Below, piece after piece: positions 1 to 9,837 of a stretch of 39,058 nucleotides of DNA (its first letter is position 1; every line of letters begins with the position of its first letter). The translations under genes were made by a program, and so were the position numbers. The stretch covers positions 1-39,058 of the forward strand of contig JAANOX010000139.1 of NCBI GenBank assembly GCA_020184695.1. Direction: 5' to 3'. The notes under the pieces are model-generated. The model made no database searches. It saw only the letters and a program-made list of their open reading frames with translations, and was not told the origin of the DNA. Origin of the DNA: Histomonas meleagridis 2922-C6/04-290x (Eukaryota > Protista > Parabasalia).

Positions 1-137
1 TTGAAGCTGGATTTTTGGTGTATTATATGAAAGGATATTCATTAGAAAAATGTATCGAAGCTGGCAACTATTGTGGAACTTGCAACATCCAAGAAAGAGG
101 ATGCACAGTACCAAAGTATCGACCAAACTTCATATAA
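1..137 (+). CDS. C-terminal end of a pfkB-family carbohydrate kinase, adenosine kinase-like (partial, begins before the window)
   Basis: Frame from position 3 reads EAGFLVYYMKGYSLEKCIEAGNYCGTCNIQERGCTVPKYRPNFI*. This resembles the adenosine kinase C-terminus (GFL...ECIRAGHYAA..I.R.GCT.P). The stop is TAAA. Confidence 0.65.
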   Translation, partial: EAGFLVYYMKGYSLEKCIEAGNYCGTCNIQERGCTVPKYRPNFI

Positions 138-451
138 AGAAGATAATACATTAGGATTGTTTTTATAAATAAATAGAACTATCTAAAGTAATGTTTCCAT
201 GTCCAATTTTTTCATGCGGTTTTCTTACTTGAGGAAAAGTTTTAATTATAAAATGAGATTGAACTTAAAATTTTAAAAAATTCAAGTTGAATTAAGATAA
301 GTTAACATGTAAAGAATTAGTACATAAATTTGTGCTTTTTTGTATTATACATTAATTGGAATTTAGACTGCGCAGAGTTTTTGGTGCAAAAAGTCTTGCA
401 GCTTTTTATGCAGGATTTGGCCGGTTATATTGAAAACAATCTATCGTTCTT

Positions 452-456
452 TCATT
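452..456 (+). promoter_or_regulatory. Inr-like core promoter element (TCATT)
   Basis: TCATT lies 14 nt upstream of ATG 470, matching the trichomonad initiator consensus TCAY(T/A). Confidence 0.55.
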
Positions 457-469
457 AACTTTTAATCAA

Positions 470-1759
470 ATGGATAACTTCGCTGAATTCCTCAAGAACT
501 CAGCTACAACACTACAGGACGTAGTTACGTCGCCTGATTGCGAAAAAGCAATACAAGCAAATTTTTCGCCTATTTTTGAATAGTATGTTTTAATTTTAAT
601 TCGTAGTCTTGCAAAAAATTCTCAGCAGCTTCTTAGCAATGCTCTCTCCTTGATGAACAAGATAGGACAAAAGTCATATGATATTTTAGTTAGCCCTCAA
701 ATAAATCAGAAGGCAATTTATCAATCAATAGTTTCAAAAAATCAAATTCATCCCATTGCAAAACAGTTTTGTTCGAAATCGTATGGACAAGTTAATAACT
801 TAATGATTTCTCGTTTTATCGAAATTACATCAAAAATAATACAATTCTCAAAAGAAGGAACAGACTTGTCGGCAGCTTATATCCCAACACTCTTAAACTT
901 TAGCGCAGAGCCAGACACTATCGATTTCTTCAATAACATTTTTACAAACGGTTCCAAAGCGACCGTTTACCTTCAAAACGTTCTCCTTCAGCAAAACTTT
1001 GTTAATTTTCTTGCAAATGCAATTGGTCAAGTTCCATATCCTACTTCTCTTAACGATGCTGCTATGACAGTAATTGGGATTTTTACTATTATCACATCAG
1101 CAACCAAATCACCAGTATTGAATCCACAAATCACAAATCCAAATGTTGTATTACACCTACTTAGAGACTTTCCAAACGCACCATGTGCTGTCAAAGATGC
1201 TAGATGGCAAACTGTTCTTGCATTATGCACACCAAATAATTGTAATGTATTTATGAACATTCTTGATCAAGCAATTCGCGAATTATCAAACCTTGGGCCA
1301 TATTTCCATAGCTACCAAGTTTCTTGTGTCAGATTACTTCTTCGCGTTGCATCTGTGATTCCAAATGTTTCATCTAAGTTGGTCCAATTAAACATTGCCT
1401 TACTTCTAAAGAACATCCTTGATACGTATCCCACACATACTTTCGCTCATATTGCGGTTTCTGAAGCATTTACTGACACTATTAATAATCCAATTCTTGG
1501 ACCACATATTTTTAATCTTCTTCCACTTGTTGCAAACACTGTTCCTAATCGAAACGTGTTTCTCCTTTCATCGATATCAATAAAGATAATGATGGATCTT
1601 CAAAACAAGTCAAATGGAAATCAACAATACAGTCAAATAATCGAAAAATATGTACCGAAAAATCACCCTTGCTGGGGAATAATAGAGCAGTTTAAACAGC
1701 TCCTTAACTCGGCATATGGTGGACCAATAGAAGATACAAAAGCAGATTTGGATAAATAA
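470..1759 (+). CDS. Helical-repeat protein, probably SAPS/SIT4-associated (PP6 regulatory subunit-like); two exons 470-582 and 607-1759, 421 aa
   Basis: ATG 470 (MDNFAEFLKNSATTLQDVVTSPDCEK) is in frame with ORF 650-1759. The single in-frame TAG (581-583) is removed by a 24-nt intron, giving ...FE-Y-LAKNSQQ.... The N-terminal TL.DV motif and helical composition suggest the SAPS family; the family call is weaker than the gene structure. Confidence 0.7.
583..606 (+). other. 24-nt spliceosomal intron
   Basis: GTATGTTTTAATTTTAATTCGTAG has a GTATGT donor and ends in YAG. Its branch TAA has the same spacing as the trichomonad ACTAACACACAG 3' motif. Removal restores the frame and deletes a stop. Confidence 0.8.
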
Positions 1760-1855
1760 ACTTTTATGAAATAAAATATTGAATTTGAATTCTCAAAAAG
1801 TGAAAATTTCCTTTGTTTATGTCAAAAGTGTAATGGGAAACGTTAAATTATAAAA

Positions 1856-1876
1856 AACGGTTTTGGTCGGACCTTA
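1856..1876 (+). promoter_or_regulatory. M3/M5-like core promoter of a ribosomal protein gene
   Basis: AACGGTTT followed by CCTTA just before ATG 1879 resembles the M3 (DRCSGYTD) plus M5 (CCTTT) arrangement known from trichomonad ribosomal protein genes. Confidence 0.45.
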
Positions 1877-1878
1877 AG

Positions 1879-2295
1879 ATGTCAGGCAAAGCAGAAGCCG
1901 CAGCAAAAGCAGCCGAACAAGGCCAAAAAAAGCAAATCAAGAAGACAAGGAATTTCAAGAAGTTCCAAAAGCCTAAAGCTACAATCCCAGCAAAGAAACC
2001 ACAATACGAACATAAGGCTGTTCAACCAGTTTCTTTAAAGAGAAATGATTACAAGATCATCAAGGGCCCAGTTACATCAGATAAAGCTTCACGTAAACTC
2101 GAAGATGATAATACAATGACCTTCTACGTAGATATACGTGCTAAGAAGCCAGAAATTGCAGCTGCTATCAACCGCCTTTACCACGTCAAGCCAGTTAGTG
2201 TTAAAACACTCATTACTCCTAAATTCCTCAAGAAGGCATATGTTCGTCTTCCAGAAGAAGTTGAAGCAATGAACCTTGCAAACGAAATGGCATAA
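1879..2295 (+). CDS. RPL23A: 60S ribosomal protein L23a (uL23)
   Basis: IIKGPVTSDKASRKLEDDNTMTFYVDIRAKKPEIAAAINRLYHVKPVSVKTLITPKFLKKAYVRL is the uL23 core, preceded by a Lys/Ala-rich N-terminal extension. The C-terminus ends at NEMA*, slightly shorter than the usual ...ANKIGII. Confidence 0.95.
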   Translation: MSGKAEAAAKAAEQGQKKQIKKTRNFKKFQKPKATIPAKKPQYEHKAVQPVSLKRNDYKIIKGPVTSDKASRKLEDDNTMTFYVDIRAKKPEIAAAINRLYHVKPVSVKTLITPKFLKKAYVRLPEEVEAMNLANEMA

Positions 2296-2499
2296 ACTTT
2301 TAAATAATGAATTACTTTTTCTATTTTAACGTAAAAATATAACTTTAATTTGATTGCAAATGAAAAAAATCAATGATTAATAATATTATTTTCAAGACAA
2401 GTTTCAACCAGAAACGTTATGTCTCGGGGATAATTAAAAATCATAAATTCATTTGGGTACCTGGGCGTTTAACTATGAATATCGCTGCATCATGTATCA

Positions 2500-2625
2500 A
2501 TGATATATCATGACTTTTTACAAACTTTACATAACGATTGTTTCTATAGAAACAATATAATGGCATATGCCACTTTAGTGTATACTTATCAATGTTTCTA
2601 GAAACTAATTATTTCGAGAAATAAT
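2500..2625. repeat. Cluster of short perfect palindromes
   Basis: ATGATATATCAT (2500-2511), ATTGTTTCTATAGAAACAAT (2537-2556), TGGCATATGCCA (2561-2572), GTTTCTAGAAAC (2594-2605), and ATTATTTC-ga-GAAATAAT (2608-2625). Confidence 0.85.
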
Positions 2626-2830
2626 CATCGATTTTTTCAATTATTTTTTGTCACAATTTACCTCACTTTTTTAATACTGAGACCGTGCCCTGGTTCTGAA
2701 ATGTTTTCATATCATTTATAAAAGAGGGAAAATTATATGAAAACTTCCCCTCAGAGAATCTAGGTGCATTAAACATTTTGGCTCTTATGCAAAACGCCCT
2801 CCATTTTGCGGTTTTTGAACGATAGAAAAT

Positions 2831-3727
2831 TTGAGGAAAAATAGAAATGCCACATTAGGGCACCCCATCCATCATCCTGACGGCCGGTTTCGATCGTTAT
2901 CTATTGAAAAACGAAGTTTTTCAATAGATAACGATCGAAACCGCTCGCACCTTCGATGCTCGCATTTGATACATATTAATATATATACTTTGACAGACTG
3001 TGCTGCATATAGATGCTGCTCAAGTAAATGCAGAAATTCAAAATCAATCAGATTAGATTCATGGGTATCACAATCAAAACTTTCATTAAGGGGATTTGTT
3101 CACATTTTAGCATGTTGGGTAGAAAATTTTGATATAAGAACTACATCTAAAATTACAGGTGTATGTGAACGATCAGTAATAACATGGTTTCAAACTTTTC
3201 GATCTATTGCAGAAAAAGAATATCGAAAAGATATAGCTCAGAATTTACTTGGTGATGGAATAGTCGAAATTGATGAAAGTCAATTTTTCGGTGCTAAATA
3301 CAACAAAGGAAGTGCATTGGAAAAAGAAGAAATTTGGGTTTTTGGCGAAATAGACAGTAAAACGATGAGAGTTGTTGCTGAGATTTGCGAAAATAGATCG
3401 AAAGAAGTTCTCATTCCAATTATTTGTTCGACAGTTAGACCTAATTCAGAAATTTGGGCTGATGAATGGAAGGCATATAATACTCTTAGTGATTTAGGTT
3501 ATGTACACAAAACAGTAAATCACTCAGAAAATTTTGTAGATCCAATTACTGAGGCAAATACTCAAAAAATAGAAGGTACATGGAATCTAATAGAAGGATA
3601 CCTCATAAAAAATGGATTTAGAGATAGAAATTATTACGAATCATATATCCATGAATGGTGCTTTCGAAGAAATATAGGAAATACATTTGAAAAATGCTGG
3701 AAAGCAATAATTGGTGAAATTACTTAA
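2831..3727 (+). CDS. Merlin/ISXO2-like DDE transposase, no in-frame ATG at the 5' end (possibly truncated)
   Basis: Motifs VEIDESQF, WVFG, IWADEWKAY, HKTVNHSENFVDP, NTQKIEGTW and YIHEWCFRR are typical of the IS1595/Merlin family. A partial Zn ribbon (YRCCSSKC) is present. The first in-frame Met lies downstream of the first catalytic Asp. Confidence 0.85.
   Translation: MRKNRNATLGHPIHHPDGRFRSLSIEKRSFSIDNDRNRSHLRCSHLIHINIYTLTDCAAYRCCSSKCRNSKSIRLDSWVSQSKLSLRGFVHILACWVENFDIRTTSKITGVCERSVITWFQTFRSIAEKEYRKDIAQNLLGDGIVEIDESQFFGAKYNKGSALEKEEIWVFGEIDSKTMRVVAEICENRSKEVLIPIICSTVRPNSEIWADEWKAYNTLSDLGYVHKTVNHSENFVDPITEANTQKIEGTWNLIEGYLIKNGFRDRNYYESYIHEWCFRRNIGNTFEKCWKAIIGEIT
2885..2943. repeat. Perfect 28-bp stem, 3-nt loop (GAA) hairpin inside the Merlin element
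   Basis: CGGTTTCGATCGTTATCTATTGAAAAAC-GAA-GTTTTTCAATAGATAACGATCGAAACCG. Confidence 0.95.
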
Positions 3728-4001
3728 TAAACTAATCATAATTTATAATATTTTTATTAGAAAAATGATTTCGAAGTGTATCAGACAATAAGATATTTTG
3801 CCATTATTCACTTTTTGAAATGACTTTGATCTCCTTATCAAAAGTCGAATATTTTTATTGCCATTTTTTTTCCTTTCAAATTTCCTATCGTTCAAAAACC
3901 GCAAAATGGAGGGCGTTTTGCATCCTAACCAACATTTTAAATAATAATCAAAATGTTTCTTATAATAACCAAATTCACGATTTATATTGCATTTATAGAT
4001 A

Positions 4002-5540
4002 AGTCAAAAACCTAGACATCATACTAAAACATAGACAGCACTTTTGTTTACACTAAAATACGTTTAAATAGCAATTTTTTCATTTTTTTTAACCAAATGC
4101 CCCCAAATAAAAGCCCTCATTCACTGAAAATCAGTTAGAACATGTTTTATCGACAAAATTTTCTAATTCTGATGTCAGATACATTTTACGAAATTATCGA
4201 ATGCAGATAAATGCGAAATCTAGAATGAAGCAAGCAATCGCAATTTATAAAATGATCATAGATTTTGATGTTATTACAACAACTGTAAGCAAAATTGCTT
4301 CAATTTATGAAGTCGATTAAAATAAATTTAGTCATGCTCTTAATAAAAACGTGAAAACTTCAAATGGAAGACCAACCATTTTACCTAATGAATATGAAGA
4401 ATTATTATTATTATATATATAATTAAGAGCTGAATGTCACAAATAATGCAAATAGAAAGATATCCGTAATTATATTTTCGAACAATTTAATATTACTGTT
4501 TCTCCATCCTGGTATCATAATTTTATTATAAGACATCAAAATAATATTGTTAAGACGACAGCTTTACCACAGGAAAAAAATCGAGTTAATTTATCGAAGA
4601 GTTCTTGTTTAAAACATATCCCAAATTTAATGAAATATGTGAGCGGTTTACCGACAGAATTGATATTTAATCTCGATGATGTTGGTCAACAGGAATGGGC
4701 CAATAAAAAACAAAAAAGGTGGTTGTCCCTTCATTATTGAAAAATGCCGAAATCGAATATTGTGCGGATAAATCTCATCAATTACTACCATTTCTGTGGC
4801 TGGTGATGTATTAACACCATTAATGATAATCTCAAGAAAGACTCTTGATCATGAAGTTTTGCTATCAGATATCCGCATTGGAAAGGATATTATTATCCGT
4901 TATCAAGAACCTACTTATGCCTCGATGGAAATCATTTCAGAATATATTAATGATGTTTTTCATGTTTACATTCAAAATTTAAGAAATGATGAAAAATTTG
5001 GCGACAAACCAGCTGTTCTCATTAGTTACAATTGTGCATCGCATTTCGATAATGCAATGATTAAAAGATTAACTCAAAACAACGTACGATTGGTTACTAT
5101 TCCTCCACATTTCTCACATTTATTCCAACCACTCGATTTAGTAACATTTGGCGTTTTTAAAAATGAAATTCGTTCTACAACTTTAAAATATGAAAATGGT
5201 ATTCAACTTGATCGTGTTATCTCAGCTATTGAACGTGCAACGACTTCAGAGAACAATCGAAATGCTTTTTATCGTGCTGGCTTAGAAATTGATACCTCAA
5301 ATGATCCACATACAGTGGTAATTAATGAAAATAAACACAAGCAAAGAATCGAAGAAAATTTCTTGATTGATTCACCAGTATCACCAAGGGCAAAAACATT
5401 TGGATACATCAATAAAAAATAATTAATTATATAATAATTTCAAGGATGTAATGAGATATTTTTATTTCATTAAATAAATTTTCTTAACGGTTGCCATAAT
5501 AAGTTGTCTGGGTTTTTATTTGTTGTCTAGGTTTTGGATA
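4002..5540 (+). mobile_element. Decayed pogo/Tigger-like (DDE_1, Tc1/mariner superfamily) transposon
   Basis: Imperfect ~40-bp inverted repeats containing AAAACCTAGACA (about 4002-4043 and 5500-5540) are flanked by TA. They enclose a disrupted transposase. Confidence 0.7.
4172..5422 (+). pseudogene. pogo-like DDE_1 transposase pseudogene
   Basis: Contains HTH/CENP-B-like GRPTILPNEYEELL, LIFNLDDVG, SYNCASH (catalytic DN changed to YN) and FQPLD. There are several in-frame stops and frameshifts upstream of 4796. Confidence 0.8.
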
Positions 5541-6101
5541 TATATCCGAAAATTTATGTGTAACATTCGATATTTTCAATTAATGTTAAAATTGATTCAT
5601 GTCAGTGCTTTAATTCCAATATTTGTCAAACCCGTTTTTATTAGAAATATCACTCAGAATATATATGTATCAAACGTAAATATGAACTCTATGAGTAATA
5701 GAATAAATAATAAAAGGATCGAAATATTTTTTTATTGTTCCCAGAAAAAACAAACTATGAGCAAATTAAATCATTTATTGTACTGTCTTTTTTCAACGAA
5801 TTCTAGTGAAGGCACTCTAATAAATATGCAGTGCATATTTTCAAAAAAGGCTTTTTTATCTTTTTTTCCTCAAATAATTTCTATGTTACATTTTCGTTAT
5901 CACCCAAATATGTTTTTACATTGTATTTCGTCATTAAAACATAATAGTTTACCAATGAATTTGCTAAAAATACTCAATTTGATGTTTACTATGATAAACG
6001 GAAATTCAGTTTTGCTTATGAATATATTTTTTGTTTTTACTTTATTATCTAAAAGTTATTTCAATAATAAATATAATAGACTAAATATTAGCGTAATTCC
6101 A

Positions 6102-7943
6102 ATGTTATTTATTATATTTTTTGTTAGCACAGCCCAAGTATTTAATGAACAATCAAAAACACTTACAATAACTCAATCAAATGAATTTACATATGAATAT
6201 ATTTGCAACACTGAGCACGTTATAATCAAAGATGTTGAAGAAATTATTGAAAAAGCATTTTATCATTGGTCTGAATTAACTTCTGCAGATATTGGGAAAT
6301 CAGTTGTTAATATTGATAAAAATGCTTTTTCTTATTGTGAAAAATTAGAAAAGATAAAATTTGAAGAGAATTCTTTAGCAGTGATAAACCAATATGCATT
6401 TTATAATTGTATTTCTTTAGTAACACTTACAATTTCGTGCAAATCAATTGGTGAGAATGCATTTGGGCAATGCGTTAGAATTGAAAGTGTTGCATTAAAA
6501 GAAGGTCTACTTGCAATTTCTTCTGATGCATTCCAAAGTTGTAACAACCTTAAGTATATTAATATACCAAAATCTGTTCGTTCTCTCTCATTAAATCCAT
6601 TTACAAGATGTACAAGTCTTCAATTTATTAACGTATCAGAAGAAAATCCATATTTTTCGAACAATGAAAATGATGGCGTTTTATATGATACACAAATAAC
6701 AGAGATTATATGTTATCCAAATGGGAAAAGTAAAACATTTATTATTCCAAATTCAGTAATAAATATTAGGTCTAACACATTTTATAAAAGTTCTAATTTA
6801 GAAACAATTGTTATTGGAAATAAAGTTTCATATATTGGTGAATCTGCATTTAGTGGCTGTGATTCTCTAAAATGTATTTATTTTGAAGGAACAATTTCAC
6901 CAACTATAGGTGATTATGTATTTTACAATGTGCCAGCAACATCAATTGTGACTCCATTGGAATATCTAAACGACACATTCGGTGAAAAAATTGTTTCTAA
7001 AGGCACAATAATTGATGAATGTCATTTACAAACACGCAAACTCACGGAAAGTAATACATTCACTAAATCAAATGCATTTACAAAGTCAAACACGTGTACA
7101 AAATCAAATACATTCACTAAATCAAATACATTCACTAAATCAAATACATTCACTAAATCAAATACATTCACTAAATCAAATACATTCACTAAATCAGATT
7201 CATTCACTAAATCAGATTCATTCACTAAATCAGATTCATTCACTAAATCAGATTCATTCACTAAATCAGATTCATTCACTGAATCAAATACATATTCAAA
7301 GTCAAACACATTTTCAAAAACAAGTGCATTTTCCCATTCAAATACATATACAAAGTCAAATTTATTTACACAAAGTTACACATTTACTATGTTGTCTATA
7401 TATACAAAATTTTCTAAATCATCATTATATACAACTCGTGAATCTGATGCTTCTATTGATTCATTAGTGTCAAACATAATTTTAACACATTCATTCACTT
7501 TAACGCACTCAATATCTATTACACATTCGATTACATTTTATAGTAAATATATAAATACAATTTCAATGTTAACATTTGAATCCACTTATAGTTATATGGA
7601 GACAAATATCATTTTTTACGACTACACAGTTATATATTATAAGTATACTTCATATTATTACTACAGCTTTTATACATTTGTCATAACAAATTATGATAAT
7701 ATTCCAAATGATAAATCGTTATCAAATAAAATATTAATTGGTATTATATGCAGTGCTATTATTTTAGTTTTGATAATTGTCGGAATCGTAATTTTCATGT
7801 TGAAAAGAAATAAGAAACAGAGAACAAAAACAAAATCAACGTCAAATATAAATGATACGTCATCAAGTTTAGAAACAAATTTCGAAGATGTCAATAAGGA
7901 ATTTAGTAATCTATTAAAAGAAGATGAGGACCAATGGATTTAA
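6102..7943 (+). CDS. BspA-like (LRR_5) type I membrane surface protein, about 613 aa
   Basis: Signal-like MLFIIFFVSTAQ, then TpLRR repeats (IGKSVVNIDKNAFSYCEKLEKI), an (F-T-K-S-N/D-T/S)n stalk, a TM helix (ILIGIICSAIILVLIIVGIVIFML), KRNKK and an acidic tail. The ORF-track start at 5520 is a TTG inside the transposon end; ATG 6102 is the likely start. Confidence 0.85.
   Translation: MLFIIFFVSTAQVFNEQSKTLTITQSNEFTYEYICNTEHVIIKDVEEIIEKAFYHWSELTSADIGKSVVNIDKNAFSYCEKLEKIKFEENSLAVINQYAFYNCISLVTLTISCKSIGENAFGQCVRIESVALKEGLLAISSDAFQSCNNLKYINIPKSVRSLSLNPFTRCTSLQFINVSEENPYFSNNENDGVLYDTQITEIICYPNGKSKTFIIPNSVINIRSNTFYKSSNLETIVIGNKVSYIGESAFSGCDSLKCIYFEGTISPTIGDYVFYNVPATSIVTPLEYLNDTFGEKIVSKGTIIDECHLQTRKLTESNTFTKSNAFTKSNTCTKSNTFTKSNTFTKSNTFTKSNTFTKSNTFTKSDSFTKSDSFTKSDSFTKSDSFTKSDSFTESNTYSKSNTFSKTSAFSHSNTYTKSNLFTQSYTFTMLSIYTKFSKSSLYTTRESDASIDSLVSNIILTHSFTLTHSISITHSITFYSKYINTISMLTFESTYSYMETNIIFYDYTVIYYKYTSYYYYSFYTFVITNYDNIPNDKSLSNKILIGIICSAIILVLIIVGIVIFMLKRNKKQRTKTKSTSNINDTSSSLETNFEDVNKEFSNLLKEDEDQWI
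7059..7390 (+). repeat. 18-nt tandem repeat encoding an FTKSNT/FTKSDS hexapeptide stalk
   Basis: A block of TTCACTAAATCAAATACA units is followed by a block of TTCACTAAATCAGATTCA units, with degenerate units on both sides. Confidence 0.95.
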
Positions 7944-8507
7944 TTATGTCATAATAAAAATTTTTCAAGGAAATTTATGCATTCTTGTTGAGTTGATTTG
8001 TTGTTATTTTATCCTTAAAATGAAAATTCATATTCTATATGTTTAATTTTCATTCACTATTTCCTATCATCAGAATAAAATAAATTTAAATGGTGAAAAA
8101 AGAATCAAATATTTTTTCAAATATGTATTCTTTATGTTACGATTTATATAATATTTTATTGAACTTTGACGAATTCTAATCCTGTAGCAAAAAGGATCTA
8201 TTTTATTTCAAGAGGATTTATTATCAAACGAAAACTAAAAGAAAATCAGCAATCCCTGCCTAAATTTCCAGATTATCATTGGTACTAATTTTTTTTAAAA
8301 GCTAGGATTAATAATAATTTTCGTTACATCATTTTATATGTTAACACCACTCTACTAAAAAAAACAACATGTTTTCGAAAAAATTCCTTGGAAAATTGTG
8401 AATATCAAACGGTCTTTGTTATCAAATGACAACGTTGGCCGATATTAATTTTTGTATAGTTTACCGAAATCTCACCCGATAAATTTTCAAACACATCATT
8501 ATTTTTA

Positions 8508-8888
8508 ATGGAAGCGAAACAAGACGAAGCAGCTGTTGCAAAGTTTTACGATGAAATGTATCAACACATGATTAACAAAGATATGAATGCACTTAGTAAT
8601 ATGATGACTGATAATTTTTACCTTATTCATCTCACTGGTAAAAAGGAACTTAAAAATGAATTCCTTCAATCTATTGAAAACGGATCATTAAACTATTACT
8701 CGTATTCAGATACTGATTTAAGTGTTACAGTTAATGGGGAAAAAGCTACATTAACAGGCAAAAGCATCGTATCTGCAGCTGTATACGGCGGCGAGAAAAA
8801 ACCGTGGAAATTGCAACTCGACATTGACTTAGAAAAGATAAATGGTCAATGGCTCATGACTACGATGCATGGCTCTATATTTGAATAA
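8508..8888 (+). CDS. NTF2-like DUF4440 protein, bacterial-type
   Basis: YDEMYQHMINKD...LIHLTG...I.NGSLNYY...TLTGKSIVSAAVYGG...WKLQL...KINGQW closely resembles bacterial DUF4440 proteins. A TCATT Inr lies upstream and the stop is TAAA. Confidence 0.8.
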   Translation: MEAKQDEAAVAKFYDEMYQHMINKDMNALSNMMTDNFYLIHLTGKKELKNEFLQSIENGSLNYYSYSDTDLSVTVNGEKATLTGKSIVSAAVYGGEKKPWKLQLDIDLEKINGQWLMTTMHGSIFE

Positions 8889-9837
8889 AAAGTCACTAAT
8901 ATCAAAAAATGTTACAATGCTCTTTTATGCATCATTGTTCATCCATTTTCATGTGTTAATTGTTTTTAAGCAACACACATGAATAACAGTTTAACTGGTT
9001 TTAAATATTTTTTGAGATTTTGTAAATCATAAAATATCTTTTGAGACATGATAACATTTCCCTTTAAGTATTTTTGTAGATTTCGAATAATGGCTTTTGA
9101 ACTAATAGTTATCATCATGGATTATTCCTACATTTGTTACCATTAAAACCAGTCGTACAAATTGCTGCTGCATCCACATTAAAAAATGATGTGATTGTGT
9201 GATAATTTCAGTTTTTTGACTTTCATTCAAAATTGTTAGAAAATTGAATTATCGGTTATTCAAAATTGAGCGTTGTGTGGTCTTGTTGAGTGCACTCTTT
9301 GCCATGTCAGTCCCTTAGGTATTCATAGTAAATCATTGTGTTGTTCTTATTCTAACAGGTTAATCATATGTTGTGACTTTTTGTAATATATTAAAATCAA
9401 ATGCATTTGATGAATATATAATTGAAGATAAACTAATCTGAACAAACATATATTAGCAACACATCAAATGCAAGGATTTAATTGGAAAAGTAGGATAATT
9501 ATTAAAATTGATATTTGATTGAATTGATAAAATTTTCGACTAAAGAAAAATATGATGAGGATTCATTCTTTCGAAAAAAATGTAATCCATTTAGATCTAA
9601 ACTATTATGCAAAAATTATATCTCATTTACTTCTTTTTGATGCAAAGTTCCACTGTAAACCTTTCCTTTAGACCCAACGGTTATATCATTCAAAATTATT
9701 TTGAACTAGTAAAAATCGCTCAGCTTTTTATGTACATATTGATCGTCTATGCGGCCGTTTTTATCAAAAGCGATTCAATTGAAATTTGACAGCTCCGATA
9801 GAGTATGCTGACAGAGAAAAAACGTTAGCACCAAGAA

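Larger units (their letters stand above)
2780..3930 (+). mobile_element. Merlin-superfamily (IS1016/IS1595-like) DNA transposon, 1151 bp
   Basis: GG...CC termini. Inverted repeats 2787-2832 and 3878-3923 match at 45 of 46 nt. An 8-bp direct repeat AACATTTT flanks both sides (2772-2779, 3931-3938). The element contains an ISXO2-type transposase ORF. Confidence 0.92.

Noticed and set aside
2400-2705. Weak inverted similarity (TTTCA..ACCAG..GTCTC) bracketing the palindrome cluster as possible TIRs
   Set aside because: Needs several gaps and has low identity; no TSD found.
7012-7467. ORFs 7012-7467 (+) and 7022-7309 (-) with LNQIHS / DLVN repeats
   Set aside because: These are alternative-frame and antisense readings of the 18-nt stalk repeat.
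8900-9480. Protein-like minus-strand fragments (…TQSHHFLMWMQQQFVRL…)
   Set aside because: Interrupted by stops and not assignable to a family by eye.
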